From contig JAJQAM010000006.1 of NCBI GenBank assembly GCA_021203805.1, positions 1 through 44,844 of the forward strand: 44,844 bases of DNA, written 5' to 3'. Source of the DNA: Coprobacillus sp. Its GTDB lineage: Bacteria > Bacillota_I > Bacilli_A > RFN20 > CAG-826. Positions 7,868-18,462 of the stretch are shown here, in pieces (position 1 is the stretch's first letter; the number at the start of each line of letters is the position of its first letter). A program made the position numbers and the translations under genes. The notes beneath the pieces are model-generated. The model ran no database searches and was not told where the DNA came from. It was given only the letters and a program-made list of their open reading frames with translations.

Positions 7868-9205
7868 TTATTTACCTACGCAGAATCTAGAGAATATCTC
7901 TTTAGAGATATCCACTTTATTATCTTCCCCTAGTATATCTAGGACATTTTGATAAGCGGAATAGAGGTGAATACCCACTAAGTCCATGCTTACCCCATTT
8001 TTAGCGTCTTCCTGGGCGGCCGCTAAATTTTCTCTCATATTAGAAAGAAGCCCTAACTGTCTTGTATTATTTAAGCTTGCCGTTTTATAAATCGATTCAT
8101 CGATATTAAATAGTTTAAATATTTCGCTCTTTAATCCTTCAATATCTCCGTTTATTGCGGAAATACAGAGTAAATCTTTATTATTTTTCTGGAAATTAGG
8201 TGCTAAATCCGCTTTATTATAAACCACTATTTTAGTCTTATTATTTACTAAATCTAGAATCTTTTTATCTTCCTCATCTAGGTCTTCGTTAGCGTTTAGC
8301 ATCACTATCACAAGGTCACTTTTCTCAATAGCTTCCTTTGTCTTTTCAACGCCCATGGTCTCCACTTTGTTCTCGGTGTCTCTGAGTCCTGCGGTGTCTA
8401 AAAGGTGCAAGGTTAAGCCGCCGAGATTAACATCACCCTCAACAATATCTCGAGTTGTTCCCTTCTCATCGCTTACAATCGCTTTATTTTCTCCAAGAAG
8501 GGCATTTAGGAGAGTGGATTTACCAACATTAGGTTTCCCCACAATCGCCACATTGATTCCTTCTTTAATGAGCTGTCCTTGCTTTCCATCTTTAATGAGA
8601 TCATCGATTTGACTAATAAGACTAGAGGTGGTTTCTATCACTCTGTCAGAGTTAGCTTCTTCAATATCCTCATACTCTGGAAAGTCAATATTGACCTCAA
8701 TTAGAGATAAAAGATCGGCGATTTGCTCTTTTATTGGAGAAATAAGCTTAGATGTTTCTCCTTCTAGAGAGAGCATCGAAATGTTTTTAGCCTCTACTGT
8801 CGTCGCGTTTATTACATCATTAACCGCTTCCGCTTGAACTAGATCCATCTTTTGATTAAGAAACGCTCTTGATGTATACTCGCCGTTTGTGGCCATTCTC
8901 GCTCCGTTTTTAAGCAAAACACCAATGATTTGATTAGTTATTACCATAGAGCCATGGCAAATTATCTCCGCCATATCTTCACCGGTGTATGACTTAGGGC
9001 CTTTATATAAAACCACGACAACTTCATCAATAACTTCGTTGTTATCCACTATTTTGCCAATAATTGTGCTTCTTTCACTAATAGTGCTAATATCCTTAGA
9101 AAAGCATTTATTGACTATGCTAAAAGTCTCGTCCCCTGAGACTCTAATGATGGCTAGTGCGCTTTTAATTGGCGCGGTGCTTAAGGCAACAATTGTTTCA
9201 AACAT
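7868..9205 (-). CDS. mnmE: tRNA modification GTPase MnmE (TrmE)
   Basis: SYTGEDMAEIICHG, GKPNVGKS, GTTRD and DTAG motifs; C-terminal FCVGK. Confidence 0.97.
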   Translation of the reverse strand: MFETIVALSTAPIKSALAIIRVSGDETFSIVNKCFSKDISTISERSTIIGKIVDNNEVIDEVVVVLYKGPKSYTGEDMAEIICHGSMVITNQIIGVLLKNGARMATNGEYTSRAFLNQKMDLVQAEAVNDVINATTVEAKNISMLSLEGETSKLISPIKEQIADLLSLIEVNIDFPEYEDIEEANSDRVIETTSSLISQIDDLIKDGKQGQLIKEGINVAIVGKPNVGKSTLLNALLGENKAIVSDEKGTTRDIVEGDVNLGGLTLHLLDTAGLRDTENKVETMGVEKTKEAIEKSDLVIVMLNANEDLDEEDKKILDLVNNKTKIVVYNKADLAPNFQKNNKDLLCISAINGDIEGLKSEIFKLFNIDESIYKTASLNNTRQLGLLSNMRENLAAAQEDAKNGVSMDLVGIHLYSAYQNVLDILGEDNKVDISKEIFSRFCVGK

Positions 9206-9229
9206 ACAAATTATTATATACCAAACATA

Positions 9230-9258
9230 AAGAAAAACACCCTTCTAGGTGTTTTCTT
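9230..9258 (-). terminator. Intrinsic terminator after jag
   Basis: Minus strand AAGAAAACACC-TAGAAG-GGTGTTTTTCTT. Confidence 0.75.
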
Positions 9259-9276
9259 ATATAGATTTTGGTGGTC

Positions 9277-9897
9277 TTACTCCTTTTTCTCACTAGTTTC
9301 AGGGTCATAGATTAGCTGAACTCTTCTATGCGCTCCTTCGCCAGTAGAAACGCTCTTTACTCCTTTAATGTTATTAACAGCATTGTGGATGACTCTTCTC
9401 TCATCAGATGGCATCTCTTCAAAGGTATAAGTTTCGTGTGTTTTTCTAACCTTAAAGGCAAGACTTCTAGCAACCTTTTCTAGTCTCTTGTACTTGCCGC
9501 TTTTATAACCATTTACATCCAAAAGAATGCGGAAATGATGGCGGAATTGCTTAGAAACCACGGCATTTGTAAGCTCATTAAGAGCCTGAAGTGTCTTTCC
9601 GTTTTTACCAATAAGAATTGGGTTATGAATAGAATCAATAGTAATAGTAATAATGTCATCGCGGATTACAGTTTTAACGCTAGATTCAATTCCAAACGAA
9701 TCAATAACATTTAGAATATAGTTTTCAGCATATTCAATAACCTCAGCGAGATCATAGACATCGACGATAACCTTCTTTCTTCCAAAAGGGCCCTTATCTT
9801 CACTTGAGACATATAATAAATCACTAACTTCTAAACCTAGATCTTCAGCCGCATTATTTAACGCTTCTTCTAGGGTTTTTCCTGAATAACTTGTCAT
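9277..9897 (-). CDS. jag: Jag/EloR RNA-binding protein (Jag_N, KH, R3H)
   Basis: GKTLEEAL, LIGKNGKTLQAL and ERRVIH motifs; downstream of yidC. Confidence 0.93.
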   Translation of the reverse strand: MTSYSGKTLEEALNNAAEDLGLEVSDLLYVSSEDKGPFGRKKVIVDVYDLAEVIEYAENYILNVIDSFGIESSVKTVIRDDIITITIDSIHNPILIGKNGKTLQALNELTNAVVSKQFRHHFRILLDVNGYKSGKYKRLEKVARSLAFKVRKTHETYTFEEMPSDERRVIHNAVNNIKGVKSVSTGEGAHRRVQLIYDPETSEKKE

Positions 9898-9912
9898 TTT
9901 GCTCCTCCTTTT

Positions 9913-11502
9913 TTACTTTTTGGCCGTTTTTACTTTAGCGTCCTTCGCTCTAATTTTTCTAATATTCCTCTTTCCAATAATGTCCATAATCCAAGTTGTA
10001 AGGCAACCGATTAAGGCTCCAAGGAACCAGTAAATACACATTGCGGACACAAGGAAGAAGCCCATGATAACAATCATAGCGAGCATGACCCACTGAAAGA
10101 TACGCATTCTATTCTGCTGCTGCGTCTGGCCTGGGTTCTTGCCTGTCTTAGAAACTTTCTTCATTCTGTTTCTTTGAAGCAGCCTAGGTAAGAGCATCTG
10201 CATAACCTGAGCTCCCGCCATCAAAATAAAGATGATTAAAGCGGTGACCGCTCCATAAGGCGCGGACCAGTTAGCCCCATTAAACAGGATGCTACTAATG
10301 GTTTCTGACAGCATCATGCCCAGGAATGTACCAGTGGACAGATAGGCACTTCCCTGTAAAGCACCCCATACACAGAGGAATACAGGGAACTGGACAATCA
10401 TTATCAGCATCGACCCCATAGGATTAATGTGGTACTTTTTGTAGAGTTTTTGTTGCTCCGCTGCTAAGAGCTGTCTTTCTCTTTGCGAAGTGTTGGAATT
10501 TGGATATTTTTGTTGAATCTTTGCCATTTCTGGTTGCAAAGCATTCATCTTCTGGTTAGCGAGAGTGGATCTGAAGGTAATAAGAGACATCACAATTCTC
10601 ACGACAAGAGTCATGAAAATAAGGGCGAGAATTTGAGGCACACCATTTTCAATATTAAGGCCTAGTCCTACAAATCCTTCTACCATCTTATCCATGCACC
10701 AGCCAATTGGATAAACAAGTAGTCCAGTGAAGAAACCTATGTTCCAAGAGTATCGGTAGGTTTTCGCTTCAATGGAAACCGGTCCTTTATTGCTTCCGTA
10801 CCCGTAGTAGCCGTATTCGCCTCCGGACACGGAAAGACAGGATCTATAACTAGAAATGTTAGATTCTTGTGTGGATACATAGTAATCGATAAAGTCAACG
10901 TCAGGATATTCATCGACGGCAATCATACCTCTGACTTCTTCGTTATAAATATACCAGTTTGCCCATAGCTCAGCATCTAGACTTCTCTCAGCGCTTGAGT
11001 CATAGAATTTAATGTATCCATATGTGTCAAGAACATCTCTGATGTTCTCCACGGTGAAAACATTATCTTCTGGTAGATTTGTTTTGGCTAATAGCTCTTC
11101 GTCTGTTTCATTAAGCGCTGTCTCGAGGGCGTGAGCGAGAACAACCTGATCAAGAGTCTCAAAATATATTAAAGACGGCTCTCTCATTCCTTCTTCAACA
11201 GCGTTATAAACGATGTTATAGACGCATTCACTATTACTTATATCCGCATAATAATAGACATCATCAGCAAAGGTGTAATCATAGCCTTCAATGGAAGTAA
11301 GCTGGACAAGCTTAGAGGTGTTAACACTTCCGTCCGCTTCCGCTTCCTCCATCGTCATATATTCGGTTACACCATAATCGAAGGCATATAGAATATTTGC
11401 TTTATCTTTGGCCGAACAAAAAGAAGCAGTACAACCTGATAAAGTCAATATACCAACAAGGGCGGCGGTGCACCCTAATCCTATTTTTTTCTTTTTTTTC
11501 AT
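9913..11502 (-). CDS. yidC: Membrane protein insertase YidC with lipoprotein signal and long acidic extracellular domain
   Basis: Lipobox LSGC; MTLVVRIV, LQPEMAKIQQKY, QFPVF and IYW motifs; rnpA-yidC-jag synteny. Confidence 0.92.
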   Translation of the reverse strand: MKKKKKIGLGCTAALVGILTLSGCTASFCSAKDKANILYAFDYGVTEYMTMEEAEADGSVNTSKLVQLTSIEGYDYTFADDVYYYADISNSECVYNIVYNAVEEGMREPSLIYFETLDQVVLAHALETALNETDEELLAKTNLPEDNVFTVENIRDVLDTYGYIKFYDSSAERSLDAELWANWYIYNEEVRGMIAVDEYPDVDFIDYYVSTQESNISSYRSCLSVSGGEYGYYGYGSNKGPVSIEAKTYRYSWNIGFFTGLLVYPIGWCMDKMVEGFVGLGLNIENGVPQILALIFMTLVVRIVMSLITFRSTLANQKMNALQPEMAKIQQKYPNSNTSQRERQLLAAEQQKLYKKYHINPMGSMLIMIVQFPVFLCVWGALQGSAYLSTGTFLGMMLSETISSILFNGANWSAPYGAVTALIIFILMAGAQVMQMLLPRLLQRNRMKKVSKTGKNPGQTQQQNRMRIFQWVMLAMIVIMGFFLVSAMCIYWFLGALIGCLTTWIMDIIGKRNIRKIRAKDAKVKTAKK

Positions 11503-11844
11503 TTATTCTATAAAGAGCCTTTCGATCTGTTTAAGCCCCTCATAGAGAAATTCGCTATTTTCTTTATATTCGAAGTTTAGGAAGTTTTTCTTAATTATAA
11601 TGACAAGATCTATTTCTCTAGAGGTATCGATGTGGTGGTCAAGCATGGCCTTGACTTGCCTTTTTACTTTGTTTCGGGTAACAGCATCACCCGTTTTTGT
11701 GGAAGTTGTAACTCCAATTCTTACGTGACTAATATCGTGATTTTCTAAATAATGAATAACAACTGTTTTGGTGGTAATTACCTTACCATTATCAATGACT
11801 GATGTATAATCGCTCGATTTGAGAAGTCGAAATTCGCGTTTCAT
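11503..11844 (-). CDS. rnpA: Ribonuclease P protein component
   Basis: RIGVTTSTKTGDAVTRNKVKRQVK RNR-type motif. Confidence 0.93.
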   Translation of the reverse strand: MKREFRLLKSSDYTSVIDNGKVITTKTVVIHYLENHDISHVRIGVTTSTKTGDAVTRNKVKRQVKAMLDHHIDTSREIDLVIIIKKNFLNFEYKENSEFLYEGLKQIERLFIE

Positions 11845-11849
11845 AAAAA

Positions 11850-11984
11850 CTATGCCGCGAGCTTCTTTCTTCCTTTCGCTCTACGACTAGCGAGTATTTT
11901 TCTGCCGCTGGCACTTCTACTTCTAGCGCGGTATCCCGATACGTGAGCACGTTTAACCTTACTTGGTTGATATGTTCTCTTCAT
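11850..11984 (-). CDS. rpmH: 50S ribosomal protein L34
   Basis: MKRTYQPSK...[16 protein letters not shown]; start corrected to the ATG at 11984. Confidence 0.97.
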   Translation of the reverse strand: MKRTYQPSKVKRAHVSGYRARSRSASGRKILASRRAKGRKKLAA

Positions 11985-12069
11985 AGTCGCTTTCCCTTTC
12001 CTTTCGTTAATCAAGTAAAAAGTATAAATGCAATATATAAATAAAGCAATTAAAAATTGCCTTATTGTA

Positions 12070-12384
12070 TATTCCACCATTATAGATGATTTTCACACTG
12101 TCATTACACTACTTACAGTGTCAAAATTTTCTTTTTACACACAAAGTGTGTAATCATATATCTCTAACCTAATATGGAGTTGTTCACATTTTTTAACTCT
12201 TTTGTTGATAGTTTTCCACACTTATCCACAAAATAATTTTGTTAGTTCGGTGGAAAACGCCTACTTTTCCCTTCTTATGCCTCTCTTTTTGGTGGAAAAC
12301 TTAATTTTTCCTCGTTTTCAAAAATCTCAATGTGGAATAATACTATCTATTATTCTATAATAAGGGCTGTTGAGGTAAACGCTT
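12070..12384. other. Probable oriC (DnaA-box cluster)
   Basis: TTATCCACA at 12222-12230; variants at 12070, 12212, 12249(rc), 12291(rc) and 12331(rc); gene orientation diverges at rpmH/dnaA. Confidence 0.8.
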
Positions 12385-13764
12385 ATGAATTACAATAATG
12401 CATCTGTCTCTGAGACAACAAAATTATGGGGTAGAATCCTTAATTATATTAAGGATGCATTAGACGAAAATGTCGTCTATGATTCCTTTTTTAAAGATAC
12501 TTATATCCAAGAGATTGAAGATAACACCATCTTAGTAGTGGTGAACTCTTCTCTCACTAAAACTTTACTCCAAAGTAAATATAAAGATCTAGTGGATGAA
12601 GCGGTTAGAGAGATAACTGAATCTGACTATAAGATTGAATACGCTACTTTAGAGGAATTAAAAGACCGCTCTCAAAGTAGAACAGGGACACAAAAACAGC
12701 AAACGTTCTTTGAAAATGCGTCCCTCAACCCCAAACAAACCTTTGCTAATTTTGTCGTTGGACCCTTCAATTTAGAGGCTAATCAAGCGGCCACACTTAT
12801 ATCATGTGATCCAGGAAAAATGTTTAATCCATTATTCATTTATTCTGAGTCTGGACTTGGTAAGACTCACCTTCTAAATGCAATAGGTAACTATATAGTT
12901 AAAAACGGAACAAACCAGCCTAAAGTCCTTAATATTTCTGCGGATGTGTTCGTGGATGAATACCTTAGATTTGTTAAAGGAGATAAGGAAGCGGAGTCTA
13001 TTAAAGACTACTTTAAAACAGTGGATGTCTTCCTTGTGGATGACATCCAGTTCCTCGCAGATAAGCCTAAAACCGAAGAGATGTTCTTCTATGTGTTCTC
13101 TTCGCTAGTTAGCGCTAATAAACAAGTTGTTATTACTTCTGATAGACAGCCTAATGAATTAAAAGGCTTAACAGACCGCCTTGTCACTAGATTTAATCAA
13201 GGCCTAGTGGTGTCAATTAAAGAGCCAGATAGAGAAACCTGCATTGAAATTCTTAAAAAGAAAATTGAAGAGAATAATCTAGAGGTTTCTAACTTTGATG
13301 AAAACGTTCTAGTTTTCATCGCAGATAACTTCTCTCACAATATCCGTGAGCTTGAAGGAGCACTTAATCGCTTAATCTTCTATATGGTGAATAGAAAGAA
13401 AACCGATAAGGTCACTCTTGATTTTGCGCTTGATGCCTTATCATCCCTTACCGGCACTAACAATATCGCTACCACCATTAATGAAAAGAAGATTATTGAT
13501 ATTGTCGCGGATTATTATAATCTCTCTCCTTCCCAGCTTACCGGTAAGATCAGAACGGGTCAGGTCGCTCTTGCTCGTCATATCGCGATGTATCTCATTC
13601 GTAATATCCTTACCGATGTTTCTCTTAAGAAAATTGGAGACATCTTTGGGGGTAAAGATCACACAACGGTGATAAACGGTGTACAAAGAGTGGAAAAAGA
13701 GTTGAAAACAGATGCCTCTTTAAAGGCCGCTGTGGACGAGCTAACAAGGAGAATAAAAGGATAG
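12385..13764 (+). CDS. dnaA: Chromosomal replication initiator
   Basis: FNPLFIY...GLGKTHL, DDIQFL, RELEGAL and FGGKDHTTV motifs. Confidence 0.98.
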   Translation: MNYNNASVSETTKLWGRILNYIKDALDENVVYDSFFKDTYIQEIEDNTILVVVNSSLTKTLLQSKYKDLVDEAVREITESDYKIEYATLEELKDRSQSRTGTQKQQTFFENASLNPKQTFANFVVGPFNLEANQAATLISCDPGKMFNPLFIYSESGLGKTHLLNAIGNYIVKNGTNQPKVLNISADVFVDEYLRFVKGDKEAESIKDYFKTVDVFLVDDIQFLADKPKTEEMFFYVFSSLVSANKQVVITSDRQPNELKGLTDRLVTRFNQGLVVSIKEPDRETCIEILKKKIEENNLEVSNFDENVLVFIADNFSHNIRELEGALNRLIFYMVNRKKTDKVTLDFALDALSSLTGTNNIATTINEKKIIDIVADYYNLSPSQLTGKIRTGQVALARHIAMYLIRNILTDVSLKKIGDIFGGKDHTTVINGVQRVEKELKTDASLKAAVDELTRRIKG

Positions 13765-13897
13765 CTCTTTATTATTAAATAAAGAATGAATTAAAAAAGC
13801 CGGTGTGATAGAATAACAATTAAGGACTTACTAACATATCCACCGAAATAATAATAATTGTTAATAAAATATAAGAAGAAGAAAGGAATAACTATTT

Positions 13898-15028
13898 ATG
13901 AGATTCACGGTCAAAAGAGATGAACTTGTCAAAGGCTTAAACAGCGCTTCTAGAGCAGTGTCTTCTAAAAACACTAATCCAGTATTAGCCACTCTTAAGT
14001 TTGATTTAAACGAAGAAGGCCTATTCGTACTTGGATCTAATGGAGACTATGCTATTAGAACTAAGATTCCTTATAAGGATAGCGATGGCAACGATGTTAT
14101 CCGTAATTATGAATTCGGTTCAGTTTTAATTAACAGCAAAATTGTCTGTGAGATTGCTCGTAAGACAACTGGCGAAGAGCTTACTTTTGAAGTCCTTGAT
14201 TCTACAGTGGTCAACATCTCTGATTCTAAAAAGGCCGAGTATCAATTAAATTGTATTCGAAGCGAAGAATATGTGGACTTTGATCTAGAGACCGAAGGAA
14301 CTTCCTTTGAACTTCCTACCTCTCTATTTGCTAAGATTGTTGAGCAGACCGCTTTTGCAGCGTCCACTAAAGACCAAAGGCCTATTCTTACCGCAGTCAA
14401 CCTTGAAGCAGCGGACGGAACACTAACCGCTACCGCAACCGATAGCGCGCGCATGGCGAGAAAAACCACCACAATTAATCCAGACCTTACCTTCTCTGCT
14501 AATATCCCCGCCAAGATTCTTGTGGAGATTGAGCACCTTGCTGAAGGCAGCGAATCTGTCTCTTGTTACATCAATTCTCGTAGAGCGTTATTCACTTTTG
14601 GAGACACAATCGTCTCCACAAGCCTCATCTCTGGAGAGTATCCAAACACTAAGAATATTGTTCCAAAGGTGACTAACTACACCCTTGAAGTAAACGCTAA
14701 AGATCTAATTTCTTCGATTGAAGGCGCGGTTGTCTTAAACGAAGACAATAAAGAAAGCGCGGTGGAACTCTTTATGAGCCCAGAAGCAGTGGATATTACC
14801 TCGAGATCTCAGCAGCAAGGCTCTTCTAAGCTCAAAGTTGAGCCCTTTAGATTTGAGGGACAAAACTTCCGTGTGGCCTTTAACTCGCAGTTTGTTATTC
14901 AAGCGATTAATGCGGTGGGAAGCGAAGATGTCACATTCCTCTTTGTTGGAGAGATGAAACCATTCGTGGTTAAAAATAACTCGGATGATTCTATCGTTGA
15001 AGTGGTCACCCCTGTACGCACATACTAG
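13898..15028 (+). CDS. dnaN: DNA polymerase III beta clamp
   Basis: ATDSARMA, LISGEYPN, AFNSQFV and C-terminal TPVRTY motifs; follows dnaA. Confidence 0.96.
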   Translation: MRFTVKRDELVKGLNSASRAVSSKNTNPVLATLKFDLNEEGLFVLGSNGDYAIRTKIPYKDSDGNDVIRNYEFGSVLINSKIVCEIARKTTGEELTFEVLDSTVVNISDSKKAEYQLNCIRSEEYVDFDLETEGTSFELPTSLFAKIVEQTAFAASTKDQRPILTAVNLEAADGTLTATATDSARMARKTTTINPDLTFSANIPAKILVEIEHLAEGSESVSCYINSRRALFTFGDTIVSTSLISGEYPNTKNIVPKVTNYTLEVNAKDLISSIEGAVVLNEDNKESAVELFMSPEAVDITSRSQQQGSSKLKVEPFRFEGQNFRVAFNSQFVIQAINAVGSEDVTFLFVGEMKPFVVKNNSDDSIVEVVTPVRTY

Positions 15029-15063
15029 GCCTAAATTTAATATCATCCAGCATTATATAAATT

Positions 15064-15090
15064 AAGAGAATTAAATAATTCTCTTTTTTT
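15064..15090 (+). terminator. Intrinsic terminator after dnaN
   Basis: AAGAGAATT-AAAT-AATTCTCTT followed by a T run. Confidence 0.7.
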
Positions 15091-15125
15091 ACATAATAAT
15101 GTATAATATTCACAAGAGGTTTTTA

Positions 15126-15359
15126 ATGGGTAAAACTGAGTTCAAATTCACGAGTGAAAACCACTACATTTTACTTCAAGATTTTCTTAAGTTAATTGGT
15201 GAAACTGGTTCTGGAGGAGAAGCAAAAGTCTATCTCCAAGAAGTTAAGGTTTTAGTCAACGGAGAAAAAGAAGATCGAAGAGGAAGAAAACTCTATAGTG
15301 GTGACAGCGTGAAAATTCATCATAATACCTATCTCATTAGTGAAGATCATGACGATTAA
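15126..15359 (+). CDS. yaaA: S4-domain protein YaaA
   Basis: ILLQDFLK...SGGEAK...VNGEKEDRRGRKLY; start set at the ATG at 15126 after AAGAGG. Confidence 0.9.
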   Translation: MGKTEFKFTSENHYILLQDFLKLIGETGSGGEAKVYLQEVKVLVNGEKEDRRGRKLYSGDSVKIHHNTYLISEDHDD

Positions 15360-16398
15360 TGAACTCAAAGTTAAAAATTTCCGTTCTCATGAATATCTAG
15401 ATTTGTCTTTTTCAAGCGCTATTAACTCGCTGGTAGGCCCTAACGGCGCAGGGAAGACAAATATCCTAGAGGCTATCTATTACCTCTCCCTTGGCCGCTC
15501 ATTTCTCACTCTTGACTCAAAAGAGCTAATCCAGAAAGGAAAAGAGAGAGCCACGATAGAAGCGGTTATCAGTGAAGGCAAGAGAACTAACACCATTAAA
15601 ATCATCATTACTAGAGAAGGCAGAGCTATTCTAGTCAACGGAAAGCCTATCCACCACCTCGCAGAGCTTTCCTCTCTCGTTAATGTTCTCCTCTTTGTCC
15701 CATCGGATGTGGACCTTTTTCGTGGAGCCCCTCATGAAAGACGCCGCTACCTCGATATTTCTATCTCAAAGATGTATCCCGCTTATATGGACTTATTAAG
15801 CGAATATAATAAGCTCCTTAAGCAGAGAAACGTCGTTCTTAAAAGCGAAAGCGTTGACACTAATTTATTAGATAGTGTCACCGCGCTTCTTGTTAATGCA
15901 TCTAAACCCATTGATGAGTATCGGGAGCGATACGTTAAAGAATTAAACCGCGTATTTAATTCACTACTAACCGCTCTAACGGGCGAAGATAGTCATCTTG
16001 AGATAATCTATCGCCCCTTCGTTAATGTCGGCGAGAACTATCTTAACGACGCATTAAAAGCATTTAACGCCTCGCTAGATAGAGATCTAAAACTTAAATC
16101 CACTTCCATTGGAATTCATCACGAGGACTTCTCTGTCCTCTATAAAGGAGAGGATATCTCCGTTTATGGATCTCAGGGAGAGAATAGAATTGTTGCCCTT
16201 GCTCTTAAGCTCACTCCTTACTACCTCATCAAAGATGAGGATAAGAAACCCATCATCTTACTTGATGATGTCATGAGCGAACTCGATAAAGAAAGCAAAG
16301 ATAGACTTACTAAGCTTCTCCCTACGCTTAAGCAGGTCTTCATAAGCGGAACCACTCATGAAATAGATAACGCTAGGGAATTTATTATTAAAAAGTAA
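15349..16398 (+). CDS. recF: DNA replication/repair protein RecF
   Basis: Walker A GPNGAGKTN, GSQGENR, Walker B LLDDVMSELD; a GTG start at 15340 is also possible. Confidence 0.95.
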   Translation: MTINELKVKNFRSHEYLDLSFSSAINSLVGPNGAGKTNILEAIYYLSLGRSFLTLDSKELIQKGKERATIEAVISEGKRTNTIKIIITREGRAILVNGKPIHHLAELSSLVNVLLFVPSDVDLFRGAPHERRRYLDISISKMYPAYMDLLSEYNKLLKQRNVVLKSESVDTNLLDSVTALLVNASKPIDEYRERYVKELNRVFNSLLTALTGEDSHLEIIYRPFVNVGENYLNDALKAFNASLDRDLKLKSTSIGIHHEDFSVLYKGEDISVYGSQGENRIVALALKLTPYYLIKDEDKKPIILLDDVMSELDKESKDRLTKLLPTLKQVFISGTTHEIDNAREFIIKK

Positions 16399-16402
16399 TT
16401 AA

Positions 16403-18448
<2,046 letters not shown>

Positions 18449-18462
18449 GGAGGAGCTAAGTT

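Noticed and set aside
11985-12080. Upstream start codons in the ORF track for rpmH (also ispE, yaaA, tadA and rpmE)
   Set aside because: Downstream ATGs match the known N-termini and SD positions; the tadA extension would overlap the SRP RNA.
12135-12153. Perfect inverted repeat TTACACAC-AAA-GTGTGTAA near oriC
   Set aside because: Single occurrence with no match to parS or a DnaA box; no function can be supported.
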